This document shows, piece after piece, positions 28,825 through 38,678 of a stretch of 64,000 nucleotides of DNA. Location: contig CAWFGO010000002.1 of NCBI GenBank assembly GCA_963815455.1, forward strand, positions 448,001-512,000. The letters are read 5' to 3'. The translations under genes and the position numbers were made by a program. The notes beneath the pieces were generated by a model. That model was not told where the DNA came from. It did no database searches and was given only the letters and a program-made list of their open reading frames with translations. This DNA is from an uncultured Verrucomicrobiae bacterium (GTDB lineage Bacteria > Verrucomicrobiota > Verrucomicrobiia > Chthoniobacterales > UBA10450). Position 1 is the first letter of the stretch; the number at the start of each line of letters is the position of its first letter.

Positions 28825-29577
28825 GTATTAAATTCGCGCACGTCGTGAATCCGGTGAAGGTCGCCTTCATCATCGGACCTTCACGTCGCCCAGCCCATCA
28901 CATTCGAGAGCATGCGGGTGGCGCAACAAGTAGCGGCGAGCTTCTCACTCGAAGTCGAATTAGGCGCGGTGAATTTTCCGGAAGATGACGAGATCGTTCC
29001 CCCTTTTTTTGGGTTCCGAGAACGCTTGGAGCGATCGGTTCTGGATGTGGGAGATTTTCCAGTCCCGAGAAAGTTGCCGTTGATCAAAGATATCCTCGAT
29101 CGGGCCGTGGCCGCGACGCGCAGCGAGTATCTCATCTACAGCAATGTCGATATCGCTGTCGTTCCCCACTTTTATCTTTCGCTGGCCAGCATCGTCGATG
29201 AAGGCTGGGACGCGTTAATGATAACGCGTCGCACATTGCCCAAGGCTTACACGGCAACATCCCAGTTTTGGCGGATGTGCGCAGACATCGGAGATCGGCA
29301 TCCGGGCAACGATTGCTTTATCTTCCGGAGGGGAGCCTACGCAAATTACGATCTGGGCGATGCCTGTATCGGCGCTCGCAATTTTGCAAAAGTGCTGGGT
29401 TTAAACCTGATCGTTCACGCCCACCGGTTCCAGCATTTCAAGGATCTGCATCTTACATTTCACATCGGCAACGATCGTGTCTGGCGGAGCGACAAATGGA
29501 TCGATTATTCGATGCATAATCGAAACATCATGCGGCGGCTTGTTGAATCAGTACCGCGGAGAAAATTGGCAAGCTGA
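28821..29577 (+). CDS. Hypothetical protein, glycosyltransferase-like (N-terminal frameshift)
   Basis: ATG 28821 overlaps the upstream stop (FAHVVNPV...), then shifts to AQPITFESM; YLIYSNVDI, HPGNDCFIF and TFHIG. Confidence 0.55.
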
Positions 29578-29651
29578 AGGGAAATCCGTTAATCGACCGC
29601 TGGGTCCCGAAGATTGCCCCGGAAATTCGCGCAAAGTAATCGCTGCGGCGA

Positions 29652-30257
29652 TCAATCGAACTTATAGCCAAAACGTTCGATCTCCGGCGCGAAACGCTCC
29701 CCCACCAGATCACGAAGATCGACATCGTAATACTGCGCATAATGTTTGCGCGCTGATCGGTTGTACTTTGGCAAGGGCGCTGCCGGAATTTTCAGTGCCG
29801 CGCAAACCGAGCGAAAATCGTCGGCCAGATTTTCAAAGCGCAACAACTGCTGCACGTTGGAAAACGGATCGTCATTCGGTTGATCGAGCCGCAGATAGTC
29901 CACGATGGACGGAGTTTTCAAAACCATCTTCCGAAATTTCTTCCGGTCCCACATTTCCGGCTTCTGAGTCGGCTGGAAAAAAAGCGACACCATCCGGTCC
30001 CACGGATTGCGCACACAGGTAAATTTGAACAGCGCGCCAAATGTCTCTTCCCCCAGCGCTGCGCGGTATTCAGCCAGGGTCGAATGTTTTCTCAGTTTGT
30101 ATTTGGGATTGCGCAAACCAAAGCGCTCGATGCCATCCTGTTCCTGGCGAAGAACAACCAGCTCATCCTCCGAGTAATGCCGCAGGACGCTCTGGATCGA
30201 ATTGCCGGCCGTTTTCGGGATGTGCACGAAAAGAAATTGATTCCGCAACGAGATCAT
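29652..30257 (-). CDS. Sulfotransferase family 2 protein
   Basis: FLFVHIPKTAGNSI, VRNPWDRMVS, RFENL and EIERFGYKF. Confidence 0.85.
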   Translation of the reverse strand: MISLRNQFLFVHIPKTAGNSIQSVLRHYSEDELVVLRQEQDGIERFGLRNPKYKLRKHSTLAEYRAALGEETFGALFKFTCVRNPWDRMVSLFFQPTQKPEMWDRKKFRKMVLKTPSIVDYLRLDQPNDDPFSNVQQLLRFENLADDFRSVCAALKIPAAPLPKYNRSARKHYAQYYDVDLRDLVGERFAPEIERFGYKFD

Positions 30258-31694
30258 GACGCGGCCCGGATGTTCAGCGTATCGCGCGTGGCTTCCTGCC
30301 ACTTCAGAATTTCGTCCCGTAAACGCGAAATTACCGAGGCGTGTTTTGGATCCTGATAAAGATTGCGCGTCTCGAGGGGATCGTCGGTCGAGTGATACAG
30401 CTCGTTCAAGTCTTTGTCGCGTAGACAGAGTTTCCATCCTTCGGGCGAAATGACCGTGCGGGTCGATTCCTCGATCGCGCGTTTGACCTCGCGTCGAGGC
30501 GCCAGAAAAGTTCCTTTCTCGATCTTCGTCCGGTTCGGCGCCCACTCAATGAACACATTCTCCGGCGGCATGGGTTCGCCGCGCATCACCGGGGCAAGAC
30601 TTTTCCCCACGCATTGTGTTGCTGTCGGTTTGCCGAGCAGATCGAGCAATGTCGGTACAAAATCGATCTGACTGACCGCCTGCGAAATCATTCGTTGCTG
30701 TCGCTGACCCGGAAGGCGCACTATCCACGGAACGCGCACCGCTTCCTCGAACATCACTTCCTTCCCAAACAATCGATGTGCGCCGAGCATGTCGCCATGA
30801 TCGCTGGTATGAACGACGATCGTATCATCGGCAACGCCGGCTTTTTCCAGTGACGTGAGAATGGCGCCGATGCTCCGGTCGACCAGCGTCACCAATCCCA
30901 GATAACGTTGTTTGATGCTTCGATATTCTTCGGGTGTGCCTCCGAAGAAGAGCTGTTTGCTCAGACGTTTCCGGTCCAACGCCGCTTCGGCCTGCTGCCA
31001 TTCCCGCATTAACCGGTAGCGCAACGGGATGTTTTCGTTCTCTGGAAGCGTCGCGGTAGGATCGAGATCGATCTCGCTCAGCGGATGTTCGTCATTGAAC
31101 GGCCCGTTGTACGGCGAGTGCGGTTCGACAAATCCGACAACCAGAATGAACGGATCGCGCCGATGTTTCTCGATAAATTCGCAGGCGTGGCGCTCCAAAA
31201 ATTTCGGCTTGGAAAGTTCGAGCGGGAGACCGCTGACCATGACTGTCGTGTAACCCCCATTTTCCTTGTCGGGGGCGATCCCTTTTGCTTGCAGGAACGC
31301 ATGGTAATCAGTTCCCGGTCGATTACGGACCGACACCCAATTCTCAAATCCGCGTTGGGCCTCCGTCTCGTTACCCAGATGCCATTTACCGAAATAAGCA
31401 GTGCGATAATCGCTGTCGGCGATCAGCTCGGTCAGGACCTTGAACCGCGGCGCGAGCGTCACCGTGTTTCGGGTGCAGCCGCTGTTATGCGGCCACATCC
31501 CCGTCATCAGCGCCGACCGCGAAGGCACGCAGACCGGATGCGTCACGTAAGCCCGCTGAAAGACCACCGATTCGGACGCGAGCTTGTTCAAATTCGGCGC
31601 ATGAACTTTTTCTCCGCCGCAACAAGCAATCGTGTCTGCTCGCTGTTGATCGGGCAGAAAGATGACCAGATTGGGTTTTCGTCGACGCGCTCAT
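30254..31694 (-). CDS. Formylglycine-dependent sulfatase (frameshift near 31615-31670)
   Basis: CVPSRSALMTG (CxPxR), GKWHLG, EPHSPY, TSDHGDMLG and ELY...DP.E..NL. The N-terminus (PNLVIFLPDQQRAD) is in another frame. Confidence 0.9.
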
Positions 31695-31787
31695 GAATCT
31701 TGCAGATTACGAACTAAACCAGTCTCCTGCATCGCCCGCAATCGTGGACTGACTTTCCACCATGATCGCGACGGTCGGAGACCGCAG

Positions 31788-31850
31788 ACTGTAGGGCGTC
31801 TGTGTCAGACGCCGGAGTTTTGTTTGGCGTTTCACAGAAACGCCCTACAG
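31788..31850. repeat. GTAG-type REP doublet
   Basis: ctgtagggcgtctgtgtcagacgcc...ggcgtttcacagaaacgccctacag. Confidence 0.75.
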
Positions 31851-31857
31851 CACCGAA

Positions 31858-32379
31858 TCAGCGGCCTCGTAAACTTAGCTCGCCATCGATAATTTTCGCC
31901 GCCGATGTGAACGGATGCGGTTCCGTTTTATCAGCATCGAGAATATGTACCACATCGATACCGCGCACTTTCAGAAAATCCGAAATCAGCGCGCGATGGC
32001 ACCGCCACCAGACTGCTTCCGCGCACATGATTGCGGTCGGACCAGCCTCGTTGGCAAGATCGCGAAGTCGCTCCACGCCTCTGCCAAATTCTTCCGTCTC
32101 CATGTAATCGGCGTAACCGCGGAATGATTCATTACGCCAGGCCGTATTTCGCGAGTCCTTCCGGGATTTTCGTCGGCCGCCCAGTTCGGAAAAATGTTCG
32201 TAGCGAATTCCGTGTTCGGTGAGCGTCTTCGCCAACGATTCCCGATTGAACTGCGGATACCGTTTCGATCCGGGAAACATCCTAACATCGGCAACAAGTT
32301 TGATCTCGCTTTCCTCCAGCAACGAAATGAAGATGTCGATCTTGCGTGTCGAGTGTCCAATCGTCCAGATTGACTGCAT
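31858..32379 (-). CDS. DUF488 family protein
   Basis: TIGHSTR, DVRMFPGS, LGGRR and IMCAEAVWWRCHR.LISD. Confidence 0.9.
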   Translation of the reverse strand: MQSIWTIGHSTRKIDIFISLLEESEIKLVADVRMFPGSKRYPQFNRESLAKTLTEHGIRYEHFSELGGRRKSRKDSRNTAWRNESFRGYADYMETEEFGRGVERLRDLANEAGPTAIMCAEAVWWRCHRALISDFLKVRGIDVVHILDADKTEPHPFTSAAKIIDGELSLRGR

Positions 32380-32382
32380 TAA

Positions 32383-33246
32383 ATGATAAAACGATGGCTC
32401 GCTGTAATTGCAACGCTGCTAGTTGTCGCTTTTGGGGCAATCTATGCGCTCGGGTGGTTGCTAGCCAAACCAGTGCAGATGCGCATTGGCGAAGCACCGC
32501 CGGATTTAAACGCGCAATCAATTACGTTCCGCAGCGATTCCGGCGCGACAATTCATGGCTGGTGGTGCCTCACTCGGAATAGTTCCGGGGCAATCCTTCT
32601 CCTACCGGGAATCCGCGCAAATCGATTGAGTATGATCCGCCGGGCGCGTTTTCTGCGCCGCGCCGGCTATTCGGTCTTGTTGATCGATTTCCAGGCAACG
32701 GGCGAATCCAAAGGCGATCACATCACATTTGGCTGGAAAGAAAGTCGCGATGTTATTGCTGCTGTCGATTTCATTCACCATGTCGATCCTATGGGGCGCG
32801 TTGCGATAATCGGCAGCTCACTGGGAGGCGTCGCGAGCTTGCTGGCGATGCCATCACTAAAAGTGGATCGGCTCGTTCTCGAAGGTGTCTATCCGACTAT
32901 CGAGATCGCAACGCGCAATCGAATGGAAAATTATTTTGGAGCAATTGGCCGAATGGTAACACCGCTTCTCCTGAACCAACTCCATCTTCGTCTCGGCGTT
33001 TCTGCCTCTGAATTGCGCCCAATTGATCGCATTACCGATGTCCGGTGTCCCGTCCTCATCATAAGCGGGGAAAAGGATGGGAACACGCGACCCGCTGACA
33101 CACGACTGTTGTTCGAACGCGCGCGACCACCGAAGGAATTATGGTTTATTCCAAACGCGGGGCATGTCGATCTTCACCAAGCTGCTCCGCACGAATACGA
33201 AACCCGAGTCTTGAAGTTTCTATCGGATAATGCGGCCCTGAACTGA
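32383..33246 (+). CDS. Alpha/beta hydrolase, N-terminally anchored
   Basis: DFQATGES.G, GSSLGG, GEKD and AGH. Confidence 0.85.
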   Translation: MIKRWLAVIATLLVVAFGAIYALGWLLAKPVQMRIGEAPPDLNAQSITFRSDSGATIHGWWCLTRNSSGAILLLPGIRANRLSMIRRARFLRRAGYSVLLIDFQATGESKGDHITFGWKESRDVIAAVDFIHHVDPMGRVAIIGSSLGGVASLLAMPSLKVDRLVLEGVYPTIEIATRNRMENYFGAIGRMVTPLLLNQLHLRLGVSASELRPIDRITDVRCPVLIISGEKDGNTRPADTRLLFERARPPKELWFIPNAGHVDLHQAAPHEYETRVLKFLSDNAALN

Positions 33247-33310
33247 ACAAATTCATTGCAATCATTTTGATCGCAGCGAATCCCTGTTACGTTTCGTAAA
33301 CGAAGCAAAC

Positions 33311-33844
33311 ATGAACAAAATATTCTTATCAGCGACTATCGGGCTCGTTACATTAGCTCTTATGCAAGCAACCGAGATGCAGAAACAACCGGAGGCGGGA
33401 AAACCGGCGCCGGATTTTCGTTTAACGACCGGGGACGGTTCGCAGGTGAGCCTGAAGGATTATCGAGGCAAATGGGTCGTGCTCTATTTTTATCCGAAAG
33501 ATTTCACCAGCGGTTGCACCCTGGAAGCGAAGAATTTTCAGCGCGACTTGTCGAAATACGAGCAGGCCGGCGCAGTCGTGCTCGGGGTGAGCGTCGATAC
33601 CGCGCAATCGCACAAGGACTTTTGCGCCAAGGAAGGGTTGAATTTTAAGCTTCTGGCTGATACCGACGCGACGGTGGCAACCGAATACGGCTCGGTGATG
33701 GATTACAAAGGGGCGAAGATGGCCGCGCGCAACACGTTCCTGATTAATCCCGAAGGAAAAGTCGCCAAGGTTTACACCGGCGTGAAACCAGCCGACCACA
33801 GCGAGCAGATCCTGAAAGATTTGGCTGAATTAAAGAAGAGCTAA
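33311..33844 (+). CDS. bcp: Peroxiredoxin BCP/PrxQ with signal peptide
   Basis: VVLYFYPKDFTSGCTLEA, GVSVD and RNTFLI. Confidence 0.88.
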   Translation: MNKIFLSATIGLVTLALMQATEMQKQPEAGKPAPDFRLTTGDGSQVSLKDYRGKWVVLYFYPKDFTSGCTLEAKNFQRDLSKYEQAGAVVLGVSVDTAQSHKDFCAKEGLNFKLLADTDATVATEYGSVMDYKGAKMAARNTFLINPEGKVAKVYTGVKPADHSEQILKDLAELKKS

Positions 33845-33861
33845 TCAACCTGGAGGCCACA

Positions 33862-34053
33862 ATGGCCACTCAACGAAAATCGATCGATTGCCGGGATCAT
33901 CCGAGTGAGAAGAATTGCTCGCTCAAACTTTCGGGGACAGAAGATGAAGTTCTCGATGCGGCGGTGCAGCACGCCGTTTCGGCGCACGGACACAAGAATT
34001 CGCCCGAACTGCGCGAGCAGATCAAATCAATACTGAAAGACGAGAACGATTGA
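33862..34053 (+). CDS. DUF1059 small metal-binding protein
   Basis: IDCRD.PS..NCSL..SG.EDEVL.AA.QHAV..HGH. Confidence 0.85.
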   Translation: MATQRKSIDCRDHPSEKNCSLKLSGTEDEVLDAAVQHAVSAHGHKNSPELREQIKSILKDEND

Positions 34054-34075
34054 TTGGGCCGGTCACTGGAAAGAG

Positions 34076-34951
34076 TTAGCGCCCCAGCGACACCGCCACT
34101 TTCCGTATATCCGCCAAAAAAGTGGCCGCCGGTTCGGAAAGATCGCCGCTCCACATTGCGGCGATCAATAAGGGTGAAAAGTTTCGCAGAGACAACGTTC
34201 TCAAGCCATGCTTTCTCCGTAACCCGGGCACTGCTACCGAAAGACCTACGCCAAAACCCAGAGACGCGTAGAGGTCTACTAAGTCAAGCGAGCTGACTTC
34301 GATGGTCGGTGCCCAAGCGAGCCCCAGCTTCCTCAAGCCGGTGTGAAAATGTTTCGAGATTACTTCATCCGGGGGCAGCGAAATCAAACCCGGCGATGGA
34401 TTATTGCCGCGGAAGAAGTCGCCAATCTTGCGAAATTTAGAGCGTTCGGGAACGATTAGAACCAAAGGCAGGCGCAGGAGGACGCAGGAGTTGATCAGTG
34501 CCGCTGGCTTTCCTTCCAATTCGGTAATGGCAAGATCGATTTCCCGTTTATGAAGCAATTCTTCGGCGATCGCTTGATTGGCGTCATGCAGAGTGAGGTG
34601 GAAATCAGGATACCGCCGTTTGTATTCGACGAATATCTTCGGCAAGTAGTCTCGGAGGATAATTGCAGGCGCAGCCAGGCGTAAGCGTTGACCTGCGTGG
34701 CCGCGGACTTGATGCGGAAGTTCGCTCAATCCGGCAAAGAACCGTTCAATTTCGCTGAAGAGCTTTACGCCGCCGGGGGTTAAGCCAAACGGACGGCGAT
34801 GAAACAGCCTGATTCCAAGAGTCTTCTCCAATTGGGCCAGCTGGCCACTAATCGCCGGTTGCTGAATACCGTAAGGCATCTTGCGCGCGGCAGCAGTTAT
34901 ACCCCGGTGCCTGGCGACGTGATAAAAAAGCTCGAGATGGTGGATATTCAT
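34076..34951 (-). CDS. LysR-family transcriptional regulator
   Basis: MNIHHLELFY.VA...GITAAA..M...QPAISGQL..LE..LG..LF.R HTH; divergent from the desaturase gene. Confidence 0.92.
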   Translation of the reverse strand: MNIHHLELFYHVARHRGITAAARKMPYGIQQPAISGQLAQLEKTLGIRLFHRRPFGLTPGGVKLFSEIERFFAGLSELPHQVRGHAGQRLRLAAPAIILRDYLPKIFVEYKRRYPDFHLTLHDANQAIAEELLHKREIDLAITELEGKPAALINSCVLLRLPLVLIVPERSKFRKIGDFFRGNNPSPGLISLPPDEVISKHFHTGLRKLGLAWAPTIEVSSLDLVDLYASLGFGVGLSVAVPGLRRKHGLRTLSLRNFSPLLIAAMWSGDLSEPAATFLADIRKVAVSLGR

Positions 34952-35036
34952 CTGTGCGGGATCATCGTCTGTATCAATGATTAATCCAAGCATTATCGAT
35001 TAACACAATTCTCCGCTAACGAGCGATCATAGGCGC

Positions 35037-35851
35037 ATGAATCTTTTCATCATTATCGGAATCCAGCAGGTTGCATCCTGGCCGAGCGTTTATGGCCCGC
35101 CATGGACCTCCCTCGAATCAATGCGTGGTGGGGCCGGGTCATCCTCATCAACTCGATCCAACTCGGGATCACCGTGCTGGCTGGACAAACCTGGAACCGC
35201 TGGCTCAATCACATGTCGATCTTTCATTTGAAAGACCACTTCAGCGATTGGTCGTCGGCGTTGATCATCTATCTCTTCTCGACGTTTGTTTACTATTGGT
35301 GGCATCGGTATCGCCACGAGTCACAGTTTCTCTGGCGAACACTTCATCAGATCCACCACTCGGCTCGGCGGTTGGAGATCGTCACCAGCTTCTACAAGCA
35401 CCCGGTAGAAATCTGGATCAACTCCGTACTCAGCAGTCTGATCGTTTATCCGCTATTCGGCGGTAGCGTGCGTGCCGCCGGCTACTACACCGTCCTCATC
35501 GCGGTCGGAGAATTCTTCTATCATTGGAATATCAAAACTCCCGCCTGGATCGGTTTCATCTTTCAACGCCCCGAATCGCATCGCGTGCATCATCAATTCC
35601 GGCACCACACGAATAATTTCGCGGATATCCCGCTTTGGGACATGCTCTTTAGAACCTTCAAAAATCCGAAAATATTTAGGGGACGCTGCGGTTATGAGAA
35701 TTGGCGCGAGGATCGGTTCGAGGACATGCTCGTCTTTCGCGATGTTCATGCGCCAGGCGTAGAAAAGCTCGCGCCCTTGCATTTCTTGCCGACGTGTATC
35801 GGATGCTCCAAGAGGTGGGCGTGCACCGCTTCGAGACAGATGGCTGGTTAG
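35037..35851 (+). CDS. Sterol desaturase / fatty acid hydroxylase family (N-terminal frameshift likely)
   Basis: His boxes YWWHRYRH, LHQIHHS, FYHWN and HRVHH. The ERLWPAMDLP segment lies upstream of the called ATG 35102. Confidence 0.85.
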
Positions 35852-35852
35852 G

Positions 35853-36749
35853 ATGTTTACGATGAAACGATTTCTGATATTCGCCTCAACAGGGATGGCT
35901 GCCGCGAAGCGCAGAATTCTGCCGGGACCTCGAAGTCTGCTTGCAATCTGTGTCGTATATTTCGCTGTGATTCTTTTTGGACGTCTGCCGGACCATCTCA
36001 TTCTATTTCCAACGACCGCGCCGATTGAGACGCATGGAGCGGTTCGCACGATGATACCGTTCCAAACCGGCGAAATAGAATTGTGGACAGCGCGATCACG
36101 ACTCGAGAAAGAAAAAGGCGGCCCGGAGATTTACGTTTTGCGGTTTTATGGGAACGCGGACCGGGCCGACCGCTGGGTGGTGGCGGAGGCCGAGATGTGG
36201 AGTGGTCGCGCGGTTGAGATCTGGGGAATGAACTATCCGGGGTTCGGTGGCAGTACCGGGCCGGCCCGATTATCGCGAATGGGCCCGGCTGCGCTGGCGG
36301 CGTTCGACGAGTTGAACCGCGAAGCGAATGGAAGGCCGATCGTCGTATTCGGCGCCAGCATTGGCACCACCACGGCTCTGCATGTTTCGGCAAATCGATC
36401 CGTTGCCGGCTTGATCTTGCACAATCCGCCTCCCCTGCGGCAAATGATCCTTCAGCAACATGGCTGGTGGAACCTGTGGCTCCTGGCGGGGCCCATCGCG
36501 CTGCAAATCCCGCCGGACCTGGACATCATCAGCAACGCGAAACGGACGCACGCATCTGCGATTTTCCTGCTGGCAGAGAAAGATGAAGTGGTAGCGCCCC
36601 GTTTTCACCGAATGGTGGCCGATGCTTATGCCGGTGAAAAACGCGTGATCGCATTGCCCGGCGCGTATCATAATAGCCCGATCGAAAGCGCAGCCCTGGC
36701 CGAGCTTTACCACGCGCTCGATTGGCTGTTGCCGAAAACGACGCCGTAG
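35853..36749 (+). CDS. Alpha/beta hydrolase
   Basis: FYGNAD, NYPGFGGSTG, GASIG, DEVV and AYHN. Confidence 0.8.
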   Translation: MFTMKRFLIFASTGMAAAKRRILPGPRSLLAICVVYFAVILFGRLPDHLILFPTTAPIETHGAVRTMIPFQTGEIELWTARSRLEKEKGGPEIYVLRFYGNADRADRWVVAEAEMWSGRAVEIWGMNYPGFGGSTGPARLSRMGPAALAAFDELNREANGRPIVVFGASIGTTTALHVSANRSVAGLILHNPPPLRQMILQQHGWWNLWLLAGPIALQIPPDLDIISNAKRTHASAIFLLAEKDEVVAPRFHRMVADAYAGEKRVIALPGAYHNSPIESAALAELYHALDWLLPKTTP

Positions 36750-36796
36750 TTGGCCGTGGATTTCGTGGAAAACTCAAACAATACGCAGGAGAGGTG

Positions 36797-36981
36797 TGCC
36801 CACGAAACACACGAAATAACACGAAAAATTTAGATAGAGACTTCGGCGGCTCGCCGGGTCATTGCCGCGGTGGGTTCCAACTCATGGGGACCGAGGCGAC
36901 TTGTCGCTCCGCATAAATAGCTGGGTCGCCTACGGCGACCGTCTCCATGACCTTTCGAGTTTTCCGTGTGTTTCGTGGGCA
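36797..36981. repeat. Inverted-repeat-bounded element of about 185 bp with flanking short tandem repeats
   Basis: tgcccacgaaacacacg (36797) is the reverse complement of cgtgtgtttcgtgggca (36965-36981); (acacgaaa)n and (atccgcgtt)n-like arrays nearby. Confidence 0.6.
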
Positions 36982-37070
36982 AATCTTTTCTCCGATCCGC
37001 GTTATCTGCGTAATCCGCGGTTTTTATAAACTTTGTTGCCTTCGTTATCTTCTGTAAAAGACAGATCGGT

Positions 37071-37658
37071 ATGAACCAGATGGGCAGCTTCGAATTCATC
37101 GCTGCGCTGATGTCGATCATCGTTGGGTTGGGCGTGACCAATCTTCTGGCCGGGGCGGGGCGCACGCTATTTCGACGGCGGCAGAATCCGATCGATGAAG
37201 TCCATGTCGTCTTCACGGTGGCAACCCTGCTCCTCCTTGTCTTGCAATGGTGGGTGACGTTCAAGTGGAATTCGCAGGTCAATTGGAGTTTCGATGAATT
37301 CCTGATCCTGATCGCCTGGACCATCTCGCTCTACATGATGACCGTTTTCCTTTACCCGCCCGACCTTTCGGAGGAGGAAGAGCAGCGGGACCGATTCCAT
37401 CGGAACCGCACCGGATACTACTCGACTTTTCTGGCCATGTGCCTGCTCGACATCGCCCAGACAGCTATTCGCGGCGACATTTTCCACCCGGTGTGGTACT
37501 TCCCGTTCGTCGGCCAGTACGCGCTGGTCGCCGTTGGGGGTCTGGTGGCCCAGCGGCGCAGTTACAACCGCTTTTTCGCCTGGTACCTGTTGATCACGCT
37601 GCTAATCTGGGCGCTGGTGGTGCGACGATATCTGGTGAGCGACGCGATCAGCGGTTAA
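37071..37658 (+). CDS. Hypothetical 6-TM membrane protein
   Basis: FEFI..L.SIIVGLG...LL pattern, WW motif, multiple TMs. Confidence 0.7.
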   Translation: MNQMGSFEFIAALMSIIVGLGVTNLLAGAGRTLFRRRQNPIDEVHVVFTVATLLLLVLQWWVTFKWNSQVNWSFDEFLILIAWTISLYMMTVFLYPPDLSEEEEQRDRFHRNRTGYYSTFLAMCLLDIAQTAIRGDIFHPVWYFPFVGQYALVAVGGLVAQRRSYNRFFAWYLLITLLIWALVVRRYLVSDAISG

Positions 37659-37759
37659 ACGCTCAGCCGCAGCGAGATTCCATGACCACAAGAAGAAGTC
37701 GGCCAGTTATTCACAAATGCGGTTGACACTTGCGGAGTCCATCGGCTAGAACCACGGCA

Positions 37760-38575
37760 ATGAAAAAACTCACCTTAACCTGTACAATCTTGTGGGCAGC
37801 TTGCGCCTTCACTTTCGCCGGCGCGCCGGAACGCTATCAATCCAAGGAACCGATCGTAGAACTTCCGCAATGTGCTCAGTTCGGAGGCTGGGAGTTCGGC
37901 GCCAACGTTGGCGGGGCTGTGCTCGACTCGACCTGGAACGATAATGACAATTGGATCGACAACTTCTCGTCCGATTTTAACACGTCCAACCCGAGCAAAA
38001 GCCGGGAGGGCGTGACCCTTGGCGGCTCGGTTGGCTACAACTTCCAAAGGGGCTGCGCTCTCTTCGGGCTCGAAGCCGACGGGAGTTGGACGAGCATCGA
38101 GGGCACGGACCATCACAGCCCGTTCCCTGATGGGACCGAACTGAGAATTCACGATGCACTCAACTTTTGGGGATCGGTCCGGGCCCGCAGCGGCGTCGTG
38201 GTGGACAATCTTCTCCTCTATGTGACAGGTGGTTTCGCATTCGCAGACATCGACCACGATTGGTCGGTCGGAGACAGATCTCCTGACGCCGTCAACAGTC
38301 AATCCTCCGCCGTGAACGCTCCAGATGGTCAGTTTTCGGGGATGGAATCCTTCTCAGCGGATTCGTTCCGCTGGGGTGGAGTCGCCGGAGTAGGTGCAGA
38401 ATGGGCTATCAACAAGAAATGGAGTCTCAGGTCCGAGTTTCTTTACATCCATTTCATCGAGGATAACACCAGCGGCTTCAGCGAGGCTGGCAACCAGGAA
38501 GTGCACTTCGATACTCAAGACGCAATGTTCGTGAGCCGATTTGCTCTCGTCTACCGGTTCGGTAGCGGGAATTAG
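37760..38575 (+). CDS. Outer-membrane beta-barrel protein (Omp25/RopB-like)
   Basis: Signal peptide, GGSVGYNFQ.G...GLEAD, GSVRARSG, LLYVTGGFAFA, G.GAEW.....WSLRSEF and C-terminal YRF. Confidence 0.8.
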   Translation: MKKLTLTCTILWAACAFTFAGAPERYQSKEPIVELPQCAQFGGWEFGANVGGAVLDSTWNDNDNWIDNFSSDFNTSNPSKSREGVTLGGSVGYNFQRGCALFGLEADGSWTSIEGTDHHSPFPDGTELRIHDALNFWGSVRARSGVVVDNLLLYVTGGFAFADIDHDWSVGDRSPDAVNSQSSAVNAPDGQFSGMESFSADSFRWGGVAGVGAEWAINKKWSLRSEFLYIHFIEDNTSGFSEAGNQEVHFDTQDAMFVSRFALVYRFGSGN

Positions 38576-38607
38576 TTTCTGGCGTTCGTCTAGACCGATA
38601 ACTTTGA

Positions 38608-38642
38608 AAGGGCTCCGGCATAATGCCGGGGCCCTTTTTTTC
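38608..38642 (+). terminator. Rho-independent terminator, probably bidirectional
   Basis: aagggctccggcataatgccggggcccttttttt. Confidence 0.8.
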
Positions 38643-38678
38643 ATGCAGTTGCTGCGTCGAGCGTCTTGGCCGGCGCAA

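Noticed and set aside
25004..31850. tRNA-integrated prophage or ICE
   Set aside because: No integrase, phage genes or duplicated tRNA 3' end seen.
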